A DNA stretch of 64,000 nt from Mycobacterium sp. (GCA_046330855.1 JAXLRX010000001.1:765984-829983); one strand, 5' to 3'; positions 37,457 through 52,928 are shown, counted from the first letter of the stretch. Notes: generated from the letters alone by a model not told the origin. Program-made: numbers and translations.

Positions 37457-38998
37457 AACGGTTGCTTCGTCGACCGCCTGGGCCTTGCGGCCGCCGATGA
37501 ACAACGCGACGGCCGCCCCGGCCAGGCAGACGATCGTGGTGATGAAGAAGATCGAGCCGTACTGCATCGCGAACGCGGTGCGGTAGCGCTGCGCCTCGGC
37601 GGCCACCTTGGCCGCCAGGGTGTCGCCGCCGCCGGGCGGCAGCGACGCGAGGATCTGGTTGAACCGGTACAGGCCCCAGGCGCTGAGCGCGGCGACGCCG
37701 ATCAGCATGCCGGTCATCCGGGCTACGACGACCAACGACGAGGCGATCCCGTGTTGCGCGGCCGGCACCACCCGCAGCGCCGCGGAGGTCAGCGGGCCGA
37801 TCACCAGGCCCAGGCCGAAGCCGGCCAGTGCGAGGTCGGTGTCGAAGGTCGGTAGGGAGACCGGTCCGAGGTGGTGCCGGGCGGACAGCACGTCGATACC
37901 CCACTTCGACACCAGCCAGTAGGCGTACGCCGCGATAAGCATGCCTGCCGCGGCCACTGCCCGGTCGCCGACCCGGGTGGCCAGCCAGCCGCCCAGCAGC
38001 GCCCCGATCGGCAGCGCGATCAGGAAGTGCAGCAGCAGCAGCGCCGCCCCGTTCTGGTCCTTGCCGAGCACGCCCTGGCCGAACAGCTCGACGTTGACCA
38101 GGGTGACCATCAGGGCGGCGCCGGCGCACATCGACGTGCCCAGCGAGGCCAGGAAGGGCCCGAATCGCACGCCGTGCGGTTCGATCAGCCGGGTGCGGGC
38201 GAAGCGTTCCCACACCCCGAACGCGACCGCGGCCACCACGGCGCCGATGACCAGCGGCACCCCGTAGCTGGGCAGCACCTGCTTGCCGTCGGGGGCCGGG
38301 TTGTAGAGGCCCCACACCGCCAGGCCGAGGGCGAGGGCGAGCAGCAGGCCGCCGATGACGTCGACCCGTTCGGGTTCCGGACTCTTCTCGTGCGCCGGCA
38401 GGCTGAGGTGGATCAGCAGCATGGCGATCAGGGTCAGCGGCACGTTGATCCAGAAGACGTCGCGCCAGGTGTTCAGCAGCCACACCACGCCGATGCCGTA
38501 GAGCGGGCCGAGCACGCTGCCGAGCTCCTGGGCGGCGCCGATACCGCCGAGCACCGCGGCGCGGCTGCGGGCCGACCACAGGTCGGCGGCCAGCGCCAGC
38601 GTGACCGGCAGTAGCGCACCGCTGGCGACGCCCTGGATCAGCCGGCCGATCACCAGAGTGGTCAGGTCGTTGGACAGTGCCGTCACCACCGAGCCGATGG
38701 CGAAGGCCAGCAGGCTGGCCTGCAGCACCAGCTTGCGGCCGAACCGGTCGGACAGCCGGCCCAGCAGCGGCATGGCCGCGATGTAGCCCAGCAGATACCA
38801 GGTGATGATCGGCGTGACCTGCTGGATCTTGTTCAGCGCGATCCCGACCGACCGCATGATGTCGACCATGATCGTGACGACGACATAGGTGTCGAGCGCG
38901 CCGAGCAGCACTGCCAGGCTGCCGGCGCCGATCGCGACCCGCCGGCTGCGGCCGGGCGAGCTCACATGGCGCGCGGGAGTGGTGGGAGCCTGCGGCAT
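37418..38998 (-). CDS. MFS efflux/lipid transporter P55 (Rv1410c-like)
   Basis: [29 protein letters not shown]. Translationally coupled to lprG. Confidence 0.92.
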   Translation of the reverse strand: MPQAPTTPARHVSSPGRSRRVAIGAGSLAVLLGALDTYVVVTIMVDIMRSVGIALNKIQQVTPIITWYLLGYIAAMPLLGRLSDRFGRKLVLQASLLAFAIGSVVTALSNDLTTLVIGRLIQGVASGALLPVTLALAADLWSARSRAAVLGGIGAAQELGSVLGPLYGIGVVWLLNTWRDVFWINVPLTLIAMLLIHLSLPAHEKSPEPERVDVIGGLLLALALGLAVWGLYNPAPDGKQVLPSYGVPLVIGAVVAAVAFGVWERFARTRLIEPHGVRFGPFLASLGTSMCAGAALMVTLVNVELFGQGVLGKDQNGAALLLLHFLIALPIGALLGGWLATRVGDRAVAAAGMLIAAYAYWLVSKWGIDVLSARHHLGPVSLPTFDTDLALAGFGLGLVIGPLTSAALRVVPAAQHGIASSLVVVARMTGMLIGVAALSAWGLYRFNQILASLPPGGGDTLAAKVAAEAQRYRTAFAMQYGSIFFITTIVCLAGAAVALFIGGRKAQAVDEATVSPQVSGEDEPLR

Positions 38999-39693
38999 CA
39001 CACCGCGGGCTTGGTGACGGTCACCGGCTTGTCCCAATCGGACAGCGTCAGCTGCACGCTGTTGCCCGCGCTCTGCTCAAGCTGAGCCTGCACGAGCTGG
39101 TTGGGGGCGTCCTTCTCGATCCAGACCGTGGCCGGCATCGGGCCGGTGGCCTTGAGCCGGGGGATCAGCTTGTTGACCGCATCGGAGGTGACCTGGCCGG
39201 TGATCTTCACCGTCGGCACGCCACCGACGGTTTCGAAGGACTGCGCCTTGGCCTCGCTGATCGCGCCGAGCATGTTGGCCAGGCCGGTGTCGGGGTTCAG
39301 GATCACCGACGGGTCGTAGACCTCGGCCGCCGGACCCATGTCCAGCCAGTTGTTCGGCGTCAGCGCCGCGTAGAGCGTGCCTTCGAGCACCACCAGATCG
39401 GCGTCGATGTCCGAGCCGCCCATGACGACCTTGGCGCTGGCCTTGACGGCGGTGGCCGGGACGTTGGTCAGGTCACCGCTGAGGGTCTTCAGCGGCAGGC
39501 CCTCGACCTTGCCGGTCACGGCGATCTCCAGGTGCGCGCTCTTGAGGGCCTTGGTGGTCTGGATGGACTGCTTGATCAGTCCCGCGGCGTCGGGCAGCGG
39601 TTCGGCCGCCTTCTTCGAGGAACAACCCGAGATGACCAGGGCTGCAGCCAGCAGGGCGGTCAGGACGGCGAGAATGCGGCGGCACGTCTGCAT
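38998..39693 (-). CDS. lprG: Lipoprotein LprG
   Basis: Lipobox [35 protein letters not shown] lies 6 nt before ATG. Confidence 0.92.
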   Translation of the reverse strand: MQTCRRILAVLTALLAAALVISGCSSKKAAEPLPDAAGLIKQSIQTTKALKSAHLEIAVTGKVEGLPLKTLSGDLTNVPATAVKASAKVVMGGSDIDADLVVLEGTLYAALTPNNWLDMGPAAEVYDPSVILNPDTGLANMLGAISEAKAQSFETVGGVPTVKITGQVTSDAVNKLIPRLKATGPMPATVWIEKDAPNQLVQAQLEQSAGNSVQLTLSDWDKPVTVTKPAV

Positions 39694-39780
39694 AGCTGCA
39701 TCGTAGAGGGTCCGGTAGGGCGCCCCTGTTCGGCGAGGCCGGGGTTGTGTTCGTCACACCGGCTCGGTATTACTGGGCGC

Positions 39781-40254
39781 ATGGCCAGTGACCTCGAGTT
39801 TCGCACGGTGCCGGCGGCCAGCGGCGACGCCGCGGACATGCTGGCCGCGATGGTCGCCGAGATGCGTGATCTGTATGACGGTCTCGACCTGGAGGCCCCC
39901 GGCATGCCCAAGGCCGGTCCGGCCGAACTCGGGCCGCCGGACGGGGTGTACCTCGTCGGCTACCGCGACGGCGCCCCGGTGTGCGGCGGCGGCCTCAAAC
40001 GGCTGCCCGACGGGACGTGCGAGATCAAGCGCATGTACGTGGTGCCGCAGGCCCGCCGGTCCGGGTTGGCCCGCGCCTTGCTCGCCGCCCTGGAGGACGC
40101 CGCCCGCCGCCTCGGCTACCGGATCGTGCGGCTGGACACCGGTGAGCGTCAGCCGCACGCCATCGCGCTCTACGAAGCCGCCGGCTACCGGCGGGTGGGC
40201 AACTTCAACAACAATCCGGCGGCGGCGTTCCACGGCGAGAAGCGGCTAGATTAG
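39781..40254 (+). CDS. GNAT family N-acetyltransferase
   Basis: EIKRMYV, ARRSGLAR, LDTG, ALYEAAGY. Confidence 0.88.
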   Translation: MASDLEFRTVPAASGDAADMLAAMVAEMRDLYDGLDLEAPGMPKAGPAELGPPDGVYLVGYRDGAPVCGGGLKRLPDGTCEIKRMYVVPQARRSGLARALLAALEDAARRLGYRIVRLDTGERQPHAIALYEAAGYRRVGNFNNNPAAAFHGEKRLD

Positions 40255-40258
40255 GCGC

Positions 40259-40855
40259 GTGTTCACCGGGATCGTGGAGGAGTTGGGCGAGGTCGTCGGC
40301 AAGGAGGACCTCGGTGACTCCGCGCGGTTCACGGTGCGGGGTCCGGTCGTCACCGCCGATGCGCGCCACGGCGATTCGATCGCGGTCAACGGGGTGTGCC
40401 TGACGGTCGTCGAAGTCCTGCCCGACGGCCGGTTCACCGCCGACGTGATGGCCGAGACCCTCAACCGTTCGAGTCTCTCGGTGCTCTCCGAGGGATCCGC
40501 GGTGAACCTGGAGCGTGCCGCCGCCGTCAACAGCCGGTTGGGCGGGCATATCGTGCAGGGCCACGTGGACGGCACCGGCACCGTGCAGTCCCGCACACCC
40601 TCGCCGCACTGGGAGGTCGTGCGGATCGCGCTGCCGACCGGGCTGTCCCGCTACGTGGTGGAGAAGGGCTCGATCACCGTCGACGGTGTCTCGCTGACGG
40701 TGTCCGCGGTCGACAGGGACTGGTTCGAGGTGTCGCTGATCCCGACGACGATGGCGCTCACCACGCTGGGGCGGGCCGAGGTGGGGACGCCGGTGAACCT
40801 GGAAGTGGACGTGATCGCCAAATATGTGGAACGACTGCTGGCCGTGAGGGACTGA
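40259..40855 (+). CDS. ribE: Riboflavin synthase (alpha chain; ribC in mycobacterial naming)
   Basis: MFTGIVE, SIAVNGVCLT, GGHIVQGHVD. TAGATT lies 6 nt before GTG. Confidence 0.96.
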   Translation: MFTGIVEELGEVVGKEDLGDSARFTVRGPVVTADARHGDSIAVNGVCLTVVEVLPDGRFTADVMAETLNRSSLSVLSEGSAVNLERAAAVNSRLGGHIVQGHVDGTGTVQSRTPSPHWEVVRIALPTGLSRYVVEKGSITVDGVSLTVSAVDRDWFEVSLIPTTMALTTLGRAEVGTPVNLEVDVIAKYVERLLAVRD

Positions 40856-40870
40856 TTCGGCGGGCCGGTA

Positions 40871-41128
40871 TCAGCCCGCGCACCCGTCGCACACCACGCT
40901 GTTGTCCACCTGCGGAGCGACCGCGGGCACGTCCTGCACCCAGGGAACCCAGTCGGTCGCCGGAGAGGCGTACGTATCGGGCTCGAACAGCCCCAAATCG
41001 TTGTCAGGGCCGTAGGTGTAATCGTCGTCGTCGGCGGCGGCTGTCGCGGCGAACACCAGGGAAAACCCCAGAGCAGTCGCGGCGAGCGCGGATCGGCACA
41101 ACAAACGCGTGAGATCTGAACGGACCAC
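40871..41128 (-). CDS. Small secreted acidic protein (85 aa)
   Basis: AAGGAG SD, GTG start, signal peptide ending AAA-DDDD, C-terminal CDGC. Confidence 0.65.
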   Translation of the reverse strand: MVRSDLTRLLCRSALAATALGFSLVFAATAAADDDDYTYGPDNDLGLFEPDTYASPATDWVPWVQDVPAVAPQVDNSVVCDGCAG

Positions 41129-41382
41129 GATGCTCTCCTTCGTCGCGAACCTCAAGGGGGGTGTGCGGGCGAACCGGCCATCGTCCCTCATCAGACTGTT
41201 AGTCCGAGGGCCGAGCCCCGTCAAGTGACTTTGGTCCCCATTTGGCGTCAGAGGGACGCGGCTGCCCGTCGATCGCCCGTTGGCTGTGGGTCGCACACCC
41301 ACCGGGAGTCGGCGATGAAAATCCGCTCCGAGGGGTGGTTCATACTGTCTGCAGCACTATCACAACGGGCAGGCGGCAATAC

Positions 41383-43620
<2,238 letters not shown>

Positions 43621-43631
43621 CCTGGACGAAC

Positions 43632-45623
43632 GTGCCCGATCCCGCGACCTACCGCCCGGCACCCGGCTCCATTCCCGTCGAGCCGGGCGTCTACCGGTTC
43701 AGCGATTCCCACGGCCGCGTCATTTACGTCGGCAAGGCCAAGAGCCTGCGCAGCCGACTGACTTCATACTTCGCCGACATGGCGAGCCTGCACCCGCGCA
43801 CCCGGCAGATGGTGACCACCGCGGCCAGGGTCGAGTGGACGGTGGTCACCACCGAGGTTGAGGCGCTGCAGCTCGAGTACAACTGGATCAAGGAGTTCGA
43901 CCCGCGGTTCAACGTCCGCTATCGCGACGACAAGTCCTACCCGGTGCTGGCCGTCACTCTGAACGAGGAGTATCCGCGGCTCATGGTGTACCGCGGGCCG
44001 CGCCGCAAGGGGGTCCGTTACTTCGGCCCGTACTCGCACGCCTGGGCCATCCGCGAGACTCTGGACCTGCTGACCCGCGTGTTCCCCGCGCGCACCTGTT
44101 CGGCGGGAGTGTTCAAGCGGCACAGCCAGATTGACCGTCCCTGTCTGCTGGGCTACATCGACAAGTGCTCCGCGCCGTGCATCGGCCGGGTCAGCGCCGA
44201 GGAGCACCGCCGCATCGTCGTCGACTTCTGCGACTTCCTGTCCGGGAAGACCGACCGCTTCGCCCGAGACCTGGAACGTCAGATGAACGCGGCCGCCGAG
44301 GAACTCGACTTCGAACGTGCCGCCCGGCTGCGCGACGATCTCGGCGCGCTTCGGCGTGCGCTGGAGAAGCAGGCGGTGGTGCTTGGCGACGGCACCGATG
44401 CCGACGTGGTCGCCTTCGCCGACGACGACCTCGAGGCGGCCGTCCAGGTGTTCCATGTCCGGGGCGGCCGGGTGCGCGGCCAGCGCGGCTGGGTGGTGGA
44501 AAAGCCCGGCGACCCTGGGGACTCGGCGGAGGCCGCCCTGGTGGAGCAGTTCCTCACCCAGTTCTACGGCGACCAGGCCGAATTGGACGGCGCGGCAGAC
44601 GAATCCATCAACCCCGTGCCCCGCGAAGTCTTGGTCCCGTGTCTGCCGCCGAACGCCGACGAGCTCACCACGTGGCTGTCGGGGCTCCGGGGCTCGCGCG
44701 TGGCGCTGCGTGTCCCGCAGCGCGGCGACAAGAAGGCGCTCGCCGAGACCGTACACCGCAACGCCCAGGAGGCCCTGCAGCAGCACAAGCTCAAGCGGGC
44801 AGGGGACTTCACCGCGAGATCGGCTGCGCTGCAGAACATCCAGGAGTCACTCGGGCTGGCCGACGCGCCCCTGCGTATCGAGTGCATCGACATCAGCCAC
44901 GTGCAGGGCACCGACGTCGTCGGCTCACTGGTGGTGTTCGAGGACGGCCTGCCGCGCAAGTCGGACTACCGGCACTTCGCCATCCGGGAAGCCGCCGGTG
45001 AGGGCAGGTCCGACGACGTGGCGTCCATCGCCGAGGTGACCCGCCGCCGTTTTCTGCGTCATCTGCAGGACGCGCCATCCGACGCGTCCGAAGACGGCGC
45101 CGCCGGCAGGCCCCGCCGATTCGCCTACCCGCCAAACCTTTTCGTGGTGGACGGCGGCGCACCGCAGGTGAACGCGGCCCAGGCAGCTCTCGACGACCTC
45201 GGCGTGACCGATGTCGCCGTGATCGGACTGGCCAAACGCCTCGAGGAGGTCTGGGTGCCCGCCGAGCCGGACCCGGTGATCCTGCCGCGCAATTCCGAGG
45301 GGCTGTACCTGCTCCAGCGCATCCGCGATGAGGCGCACCGCTTCGCCATCTCCTACCACCGCAGCAAGCGGTCCAAGCGCATGACGGCCTCGGCCCTGGA
45401 CACCGTCCGCGGGCTGGGCGACACGCGGCGCAAAGCGCTGGTCACCCACTTCGGGTCGCTGGCCCGGCTGCGGCAGGCCAGCGTCGAGGAGATCACCGCC
45501 GTCCCGGGCATCGGGGCTGCCACGGCGGCGGCGGTTCTCGAAGCCCTCGGCGTGCCAACCGATCCTTCCGGTTCCGGTGCAGCCGTCGAAGCGGTGGGCG
45601 ATGATGCACAGCAAGCCTTATGA
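43632..45623 (+). CDS. uvrC: Excinuclease ABC subunit C
   Basis: GIY-YIG region (PGVY, IYVGKAK), [16 protein letters not shown], HhH. Confidence 0.97.
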   Translation: MPDPATYRPAPGSIPVEPGVYRFSDSHGRVIYVGKAKSLRSRLTSYFADMASLHPRTRQMVTTAARVEWTVVTTEVEALQLEYNWIKEFDPRFNVRYRDDKSYPVLAVTLNEEYPRLMVYRGPRRKGVRYFGPYSHAWAIRETLDLLTRVFPARTCSAGVFKRHSQIDRPCLLGYIDKCSAPCIGRVSAEEHRRIVVDFCDFLSGKTDRFARDLERQMNAAAEELDFERAARLRDDLGALRRALEKQAVVLGDGTDADVVAFADDDLEAAVQVFHVRGGRVRGQRGWVVEKPGDPGDSAEAALVEQFLTQFYGDQAELDGAADESINPVPREVLVPCLPPNADELTTWLSGLRGSRVALRVPQRGDKKALAETVHRNAQEALQQHKLKRAGDFTARSAALQNIQESLGLADAPLRIECIDISHVQGTDVVGSLVVFEDGLPRKSDYRHFAIREAAGEGRSDDVASIAEVTRRRFLRHLQDAPSDASEDGAAGRPRRFAYPPNLFVVDGGAPQVNAAQAALDDLGVTDVAVIGLAKRLEEVWVPAEPDPVILPRNSEGLYLLQRIRDEAHRFAISYHRSKRSKRMTASALDTVRGLGDTRRKALVTHFGSLARLRQASVEEITAVPGIGAATAAAVLEALGVPTDPSGSGAAVEAVGDDAQQAL

Positions 45624-46549
45624 CTGATATCCCGATGACTGACAACGCCGGCGCGGCCCGTGATGCCGTCGGCGATGACGGCGCCTCCGACATCGACGTC
45701 GTCCTGGTGACCGGCCTGTCGGGAGCCGGCCGCGACACCGCCGCCAAGGTGCTCGAGGACCTGGGTTGGTACGTCGCCGACAACCTGCCCCCCGAACTGA
45801 TCGCCCGGATGGTCGACCTGGGCCTGGCCGCCGGATCGCGTATCACCCAGCTGGCCATCGTGATGGACGTGCGCTCCCGCGGCTTCTCCGGTGATCTGGA
45901 CCTGGTGCGTAGCGATCTCGCCGCGCGGAACATCACCCCCCGGGTGCTGTTCATGGAGGCCTCCGATGAGACCCTGGTGCGCCGCTACGAGAACAACCGC
46001 CGCAGTCATCCCCTGCAGGGCAACCAGACCCTGGCCGAGGGGATCGCCGCCGAGCGCACCTTGCTGGCGCCGGTTCGCGCCACCGCCGACCTGGTGATCG
46101 ACACCTCCTCGCTGTCGGTCCCGGCCTTGCGCGCCAGCATCGAAAACGCCTTCGGCGGGGAGACGGTCGCCCAAACCAGCGTCACCGTCGAATCTTTCGG
46201 CTTCAAGTACGGCCTTCCCATGGACGCCGACATGGTGATGGACGTCCGCTTCCTGCCCAACCCGCACTGGGTCGACGAGTTGCGCCCCCAGACCGGCCAG
46301 TCAGCCGCGGTCCGCGACTATGTGCTGTCCCAGCCCGGCGCGACGGAATTCCTGCAGACCTACCATCAGCTGCTGAAGTTGGTGGCCGACGGCTACATCC
46401 GGGAAGGCAAGCGGTACATGACGGTCGCGATCGGCTGCACGGGCGGCAAGCACCGCAGCGTCGCCATCGCCGAGGCGCTGGCCGGACTGCTCACCGAGGA
46501 CCGTCAGCTGTCGGTGCGGGTGCTGCACCGGGATCTGGGGCGCGAATGA
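45620..46549 (+). CDS. rapZ: RNase adapter RapZ/YvcJ P-loop protein
   Basis: [35 protein letters not shown]. Confidence 0.93.
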   Translation: MTDIPMTDNAGAARDAVGDDGASDIDVVLVTGLSGAGRDTAAKVLEDLGWYVADNLPPELIARMVDLGLAAGSRITQLAIVMDVRSRGFSGDLDLVRSDLAARNITPRVLFMEASDETLVRRYENNRRSHPLQGNQTLAEGIAAERTLLAPVRATADLVIDTSSLSVPALRASIENAFGGETVAQTSVTVESFGFKYGLPMDADMVMDVRFLPNPHWVDELRPQTGQSAAVRDYVLSQPGATEFLQTYHQLLKLVADGYIREGKRYMTVAIGCTGGKHRSVAIAEALAGLLTEDRQLSVRVLHRDLGRE

Positions 46550-47757
46550 GTACGGCGGGCGGGAGCGAAGCGACTCGGGGGATCAACCCGGCGGGCAGGA
46601 GCGAAGCGACTCGGGGGATCGACCCGGCGGGCAGGAGCGAAGCGACCGGGGGGATGAGCATCGAGACCACGGGTGGCATCAGCCCGCGCATCGTCGCCCT
46701 CGGCGGCGGCCACGGCCTCTACGCCACTCTGTCGGCGGCCCGCCGGCTCACCCCGCACGTGACCGCGGTGGTCACCGTCGCGGACGACGGCGGCTCGTCG
46801 GGCCGGCTGCGCTCCGAGATCGACATCGTCCCGCCGGGTGATCTGCGGATGGCGTTGGCTGCGTTGGCATCCGACAGCCCACACGGCCGGTTGTGGGCCA
46901 CGATCATCCAGCACCGATTCGGCGGCAGCGGCGCGCTGGCCGGCCACCCGATCGGTAACCTGCTGCTGGCAGGGCTCAACGAGGTGCTCGCCGACCCCGT
47001 CGCCGCCCTCGACGAGTTGGGCCGCATCCTCGGCGTCAAGGGCCGCGTTCTGCCGATGTGCCCCATCGGGCTGCAGATCGAGGCCGACGTCTCCGGCCTG
47101 GAGAGCGACCCGCGTATGAGCCGGGTCATCCGGGGGCAGGTCGCCGTGGCCACCACGCCCGGGAAGGTGCGCCGGGTGCGGTTGCTGCCCTGCGATCCAC
47201 CGGCCACCCGCCAGGCGGTCGACGCGGTGATGGGCGCGGATCTGGTGGTCCTCGGCCCGGGCTCCTGGTTCACCAGTGTCATCCCGCACGTGCTGGTACC
47301 GGGTCTGGCCGCCGCCCTGAAAGCCACCGCCGCGCGGCGGGCCCTGGTGCTGAATCTGGCCGCCGAGCCGGGGGAGACGGCCGGCTTCTCCGCCGAGCGT
47401 CATCTGCATGTTCTGGCACAACACGCCCCGGGCTTCACGGTGCATGACATCATCGTCGACGCGTCGCATGTGCCGTCACAGCGCGAACGCGACCAACTTC
47501 GCCGGACCGCGACCCTGTTGGAGGCCTCAGTGACCTTTGCTGACGTCTCGCGGCCCGGCACGGCCCTGCACGACCCGGCGAAGCTGGCGGCAACGCTGGA
47601 GGCAGTCCGGTCGCGCGAGGCCCAGTCCCCGACGACTATCGTCCCCACGGTCGCCCCGGTCTCCGACGCGGCACCTTGGCAATATGCCCGCAGCCCGATC
47701 GAGCGGCCCACTCTGGGCCCGATCGAGCGGCCCGCTCCACGACAGACCGAGAGGTGA
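46546..47757 (+). CDS. yvcK: UDP-GlcNAc-binding YvcK/CuvA protein (alternative start ATG 46654)
   Basis: [36 protein letters not shown]. Confidence 0.92.
   Translation: MSTAGGSEATRGINPAGRSEATRGIDPAGRSEATGGMSIETTGGISPRIVALGGGHGLYATLSAARRLTPHVTAVVTVADDGGSSGRLRSEIDIVPPGDLRMALAALASDSPHGRLWATIIQHRFGGSGALAGHPIGNLLLAGLNEVLADPVAALDELGRILGVKGRVLPMCPIGLQIEADVSGLESDPRMSRVIRGQVAVATTPGKVRRVRLLPCDPPATRQAVDAVMGADLVVLGPGSWFTSVIPHVLVPGLAAALKATAARRALVLNLAAEPGETAGFSAERHLHVLAQHAPGFTVHDIIVDASHVPSQRERDQLRRTATLLEASVTFADVSRPGTALHDPAKLAATLEAVRSREAQSPTTIVPTVAPVSDAAPWQYARSPIERPTLGPIERPAPRQTER
46553..46659 (+). repeat. Three 36-bp tandem repeats at the rapZ-yvcK junction
   Basis: Unit CGGCGGGCAGGAGCGAAGCGACTCGGGGGATCGACC, starting at 46553, 46589 and 46625. 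Confidence 0.92.
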
Positions 47758-47768
47758 GCGCGGTGGCG

Positions 47769-48746
47769 ATGACAGCTGAGGTGAAGGACGAGTTGAGCCG
47801 TCTCGTCGTCAACTCGGTGAGTGCGCGACGGGCGGAGGTGGCCGCCCTGCTGCGGTTTGCCGGCGGCCTGCACATCGTCTCCGGCCGCGTCGTCGTCGAG
47901 GCCGAGGTGGACCTCGGCAGCATCGCCCGGCGGCTGCGCAAGGACATTCACGATCTGTACGGTTACAACTCCGTCGTACACATGATGTCCGCCAGCGGAA
48001 TTCGCAAGAGCACGCGGTATGTGCTCCGCGTGGCCAAAGACGGCGAAGCGCTGGCCCGCCAGACCGGCCTGCTGGACATGCGCGGCCGTCCGGTCCGCGG
48101 GCTGCCCGCCCAGGTGGTCGGCGGCAGCATCGCCGACGCCGAGGCGGCCTGGCGCGGGGCATTCCTGGCCCACGGCTCGCTCACCGAGCCCGGGCGCTCC
48201 TCGGCGCTGGAGGTCAGCTGCCCCGGGCCGGAAGCTGCGCTGGCCCTGGTCGGCGCGGCGCGGCGCCTCGGTGTGAGCGCGAAGGCCCGCGAGGTGCGCG
48301 GCACCGACCGGGTCGTGGTCCGCGACGGCGAGGCCATCGGCACGCTGCTCACCCGGATGGGCGCCCAGGACACCCGGCTGGTCTGGGAGGAACGGCGGAT
48401 GCGCCGTGAGGTCCGCGCCACCGCGAACCGGCTGGCCAACTTCGACGATGCCAACCTGCGGCGCTCGGCTCGCGCCGCGGTGGCCGCCGCCGCCCGGGTG
48501 GAACGCGCGCTGGAGATCCTCGGCGACGGGGTTCCCGATCACCTCGCCGCGGCGGGCAAACTTCGGGTGGAACACCGGCAGGCCTCGCTGGAGGAACTGG
48601 GCCGGCTCGCCGAACCCCAGATGACCAAAGATGCTGTGGCCGGCCGGATTCGGCGGCTGCTGTCGATGGCCGACCGCAAGGCGAAGCAGGACGGCATCCC
48701 CGACACCGAGTCGGCGGTCACCCCCGACCTGCTCGACGACGCCTAG
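47769..48746 (+). CDS. whiA: DNA-binding protein WhiA (alternative coupled GTG start 47754)
   Basis: [35 protein letters not shown]. Confidence 0.95.
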   Translation: MTAEVKDELSRLVVNSVSARRAEVAALLRFAGGLHIVSGRVVVEAEVDLGSIARRLRKDIHDLYGYNSVVHMMSASGIRKSTRYVLRVAKDGEALARQTGLLDMRGRPVRGLPAQVVGGSIADAEAAWRGAFLAHGSLTEPGRSSALEVSCPGPEAALALVGAARRLGVSAKAREVRGTDRVVVRDGEAIGTLLTRMGAQDTRLVWEERRMRREVRATANRLANFDDANLRRSARAAVAAAARVERALEILGDGVPDHLAAAGKLRVEHRQASLEELGRLAEPQMTKDAVAGRIRRLLSMADRKAKQDGIPDTESAVTPDLLDDA

Positions 48747-49707
48747 TCAACGACTCAGCGCAGAGATCATGATTCGCAGGGTGATCTGAGCGCAGAGTCG
48801 ATGGACCGGAGGCCTGGCTGGCCGCGGACTCGGGCAGCGGCTGCGACGACATCGCCCAGCGGATCCCTCCCACCAGCACCCGCCCGGCCATCCGGATCGC
48901 GGTGGCCTCCACCGGCGGCAGGTACGGCAGGCGCAGTGGAAGGCGTGCCCATGCCGGCAGCATCGACACCGACGTCGCCGCGATCACGCCGTAGGGCGCC
49001 CGCGCAAGGAGCGGCAGCGGGGGAGTGACCAGCAGGAACCGGGCCGCATCGCGCGCCGCCGGGGTGGTGCGCAACTCCGGACGGAACTGCTCGATGCGCT
49101 CCCGCAACTCGGCCTCGGTGCGGGGCGGGTCGATCACGCCCAGGGCGGTGGCGACCCGGGCGGTGTCGGCGACGTACCCGTCGCGGCCGGCCTGATCGAG
49201 CGGCTTGTCCCCGTAAAGGCGGTGAGCCAGCAGGAAACTGTCGATCTCGGCGATGTGCACCCACTCCAGCAGGTGGGGGTCGTCAGCGCGGTAGGGCCGG
49301 CCGTCGGGGGCCACACCGTGGACCCGGCGATGGATCCCGCGGACCTTGTCGACGGCCCGTTGCGCGTCGTCCGCGGTGCCGAAGGTGGTGACCGCCAGGA
49401 ACTCGCTGGTGCGCTGCAGTCTGCCCCACGGGTCGCCCCGGTAGTCGGAGTGCTCGGCCACCCCGGCCATCGCCAGCGGATGCAGCGACTGCAGCAGCAG
49501 GGCGCGCAGGCCGCCGACGAACATCGACGCATCCGCGTGCACCTCGCGGATCGGCCGGTCGGTGGCGAACCAGCGTGGCCCCGGCGTCCCGTGGATACGG
49601 TCTCGGCGCTTGGGGCCCTCCGGGCCGGCCACCAAGGCGAAGATACCCTGACCGAGGCGTTCGCGGACTTTGCTCACATCCAGATCCGCCGGCAGCGAGA
49701 ACGTCAT
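48718..49707 (-). CDS. Oxygenase MpaB/DUF2236 family protein
   Basis: [39 protein letters not shown] lies 6 nt before ATG. Confidence 0.87.
   Translation of the reverse strand: MTFSLPADLDVSKVRERLGQGIFALVAGPEGPKRRDRIHGTPGPRWFATDRPIREVHADASMFVGGLRALLLQSLHPLAMAGVAEHSDYRGDPWGRLQRTSEFLAVTTFGTADDAQRAVDKVRGIHRRVHGVAPDGRPYRADDPHLLEWVHIAEIDSFLLAHRLYGDKPLDQAGRDGYVADTARVATALGVIDPPRTEAELRERIEQFRPELRTTPAARDAARFLLVTPPLPLLARAPYGVIAATSVSMLPAWARLPLRLPYLPPVEATAIRMAGRVLVGGIRWAMSSQPLPESAASQASGPSTLRSDHPANHDLCAESLTRRRRAGRG
48751..48800. repeat. Imperfect palindrome (REP-like) just after the whiA stop
   Basis: CGACTCAGCGCAGAGATCA...TGATCTGAGCGCAGAGTCG. Confidence 0.6.
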
Positions 49708-49813
49708 AGTGCGACGGTACGCCCAGCCCGATTAACCCCCCGGTTCTTGCCCGACCCGCTGACGCCCGCACTAGGCTGACCGGTGGCATTCGCCAAGCAC
49801 GTCGAAGACGTAG

Positions 49814-50860
<1,047 letters not shown>

Positions 50861-50863
50861 CCC

Positions 50864-52075
50864 ATGGCGGTCAAGACTCTCGCCGACCTTCTCGCCGAGG
50901 GCGTTGAGGGTCGCGGCGTGCTGGTGCGCTGCGACCTCAACGTCCCGCTGGACGGGAACGGCAACGTCACCGACACCGGTCGCATCGACGCCTCGCTGCC
51001 CACCCTCAAGGCGCTGCTCGACGGGGGCGCGAAGGTGGTGGTGACCGCTCACCTCGGCCGCCCCAAGGGCGGACCCGAACCCAAGTACTCACTGGCGCCG
51101 GTCGCCGCGGTGCTGGGGGAGAAGCTCGGCCGGCATGTCCAGCTGGCCGGTGACGTGGTGGGTACCGACGCGCTGGCCCGCGCCGAGGGTCTCACCGACG
51201 GCGACATCCTGCTGCTGGAGAACATCCGGTTCGACCCCCGCGAGACCAGCAAGGACGACGCCGAGCGGGCGGCGCTGGCCTCGGAGCTGGCCGAATTGGT
51301 CGGCGACGGAGGCGCTTTCGTCTCCGACGGCTTCGGGGTGGTGCACCGCAAGCAGGCGTCGGTCTACGACGTGGCCAAGCTGCTGCCGTGCTACGCCGGA
51401 ACGCTGGTGGGTGCGGAGGTCAAGGTCCTCGAGCAGCTGGCGAAAGCCGGCGAACGCCCCTATGCGGTGGTGCTGGGCGGGTCCAAGGTCTCCGACAAGC
51501 TCGCCGTCATCGAGAACCTGGCCGGCAAGGCCGACAGCCTCATCATCGGCGGCGGCATGTGCTTCACCTTCCTTGCCGCACAAGGGATCTCGGTGGGCAC
51601 CTCGCTGCTGCAGGAGGAGATGGTCGACACCTGCCGGCGGCTGCTCGAGGAGTACGGCGATGTGATCCATCTCCCGGTGGACGTCGTCGTCGCCGCCGAG
51701 TTCAAAGCGGACTCGCCGGCGGAAACCGTTGACGTCAAGAACATTCCGGCCGACAAGATGGGCCTGGACATCGGACCGGAGTCCGTCGCCCGATTCTCCA
51801 CCCTGCTGTCCAACGCGCGCACCATCTTCTGGAACGGCCCCATGGGCGTGTTCGAGTTCCCGGCCTTCTCGGCAGGCACCAAGGGGGTGGCCCAGGCCAT
51901 CATCTCCGCCACCGCCAAGGGCGCTTTCAGCGTCGTCGGCGGCGGCGACTCCGCTGCCGCGGTGCGCCAGCTCGGTCTGGCCGAGGACGGTTTCTCCCAC
52001 ATCTCCACCGGTGGCGGCGCGTCGCTGGAATTCCTCGAGGGCAAGACCCTGCCCGGTATCGACATCCTGAGTTAG
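50864..52075 (+). CDS. pgk: Phosphoglycerate kinase
   Basis: [30 protein letters not shown]. Confidence 0.98.
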   Translation: MAVKTLADLLAEGVEGRGVLVRCDLNVPLDGNGNVTDTGRIDASLPTLKALLDGGAKVVVTAHLGRPKGGPEPKYSLAPVAAVLGEKLGRHVQLAGDVVGTDALARAEGLTDGDILLLENIRFDPRETSKDDAERAALASELAELVGDGGAFVSDGFGVVHRKQASVYDVAKLLPCYAGTLVGAEVKVLEQLAKAGERPYAVVLGGSKVSDKLAVIENLAGKADSLIIGGGMCFTFLAAQGISVGTSLLQEEMVDTCRRLLEEYGDVIHLPVDVVVAAEFKADSPAETVDVKNIPADKMGLDIGPESVARFSTLLSNARTIFWNGPMGVFEFPAFSAGTKGVAQAIISATAKGAFSVVGGGDSAAAVRQLGLAEDGFSHISTGGGASLEFLEGKTLPGIDILS

Positions 52076-52087
52076 GAACCACTGAAC

Positions 52088-52873
52088 ATGTCGCGTAAGC
52101 CGCTCATCGCCGGCAACTGGAAGATGAACCTCAACCACTTCGAGGCCATCGCCCTGGTCCAGAAGATCGCCTTCTCGCTACCGGAGAAGTACTTCGACAA
52201 GGTCGACGTCACTGTCATCCCGCCATTCACCGACCTGCGCAGCGTGCAGACCCTGGTCGACGGCGACAAGCTGCGGCTGACCTACGGTGCGCAGGATCTG
52301 TCCCAGCACGACTCCGGCGCCTACACCGGCGACATCAGCGGCGCGTTCCTGGCCAAGCTCGGCTGCACGTACGTCGTCGTCGGGCATTCCGAGCGGCGGA
52401 CCTACCACCACGAGGACGACGCGCTGGTGGCCGCCAAAGCCGCCGCGGCGTTCCGGCACGGGCTGACCCCGATCATCTGCATCGGCGAGCACCTCGACGT
52501 CCGCGAGGCTGGTGCGCACGTCGCCTACAACGTGGCCCAGCTGCAGGGATCGCTGGCCGGGCTGACCGCCGACCAGATCGCCAACGCGGTGATCGCCTAC
52601 GAGCCGGTCTGGGCCATCGGCACGGGCCGCGTCGCCAGCTCCGGCGACGCTCAGGAGGTGTGCGGCGCCATCCGCGCCGAGCTGGCGAACCTGACCTCCG
52701 CTGCGGCGGCCGACGGCATCCGGGTGCTCTACGGCGGCTCGATGAATGCCAAGAACGCCGCCGAGCTGGTGGCGCAGCCCGACGTCGACGGCGGCCTGGT
52801 GGGCGGTGCGTCGCTGGACGGCGAGCAGTTCGCCCAGCTGGCGGCCAGCGCGGCCGGCGGCCCGCTGCTCTGA
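52088..52873 (+). CDS. tpiA: Triosephosphate isomerase
   Basis: [27 protein letters not shown]. Confidence 0.98.
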   Translation: MSRKPLIAGNWKMNLNHFEAIALVQKIAFSLPEKYFDKVDVTVIPPFTDLRSVQTLVDGDKLRLTYGAQDLSQHDSGAYTGDISGAFLAKLGCTYVVVGHSERRTYHHEDDALVAAKAAAAFRHGLTPIICIGEHLDVREAGAHVAYNVAQLQGSLAGLTADQIANAVIAYEPVWAIGTGRVASSGDAQEVCGAIRAELANLTSAAAADGIRVLYGGSMNAKNAAELVAQPDVDGGLVGGASLDGEQFAQLAASAAGGPLL

Positions 52874-52928
52874 GGCCCACCCGACCCCGACACCGGGTTT
52901 TCGCGTCGCGGCCGGTAGGCTGACTGCC

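Noticed and set aside
41130-41382. FMN riboswitch upstream of ribBA
   Set aside because: Lacks the conserved RFN motifs (AGGGCGGGGUG.AA.UCCC.AC.G and AGUC.GGAUG).
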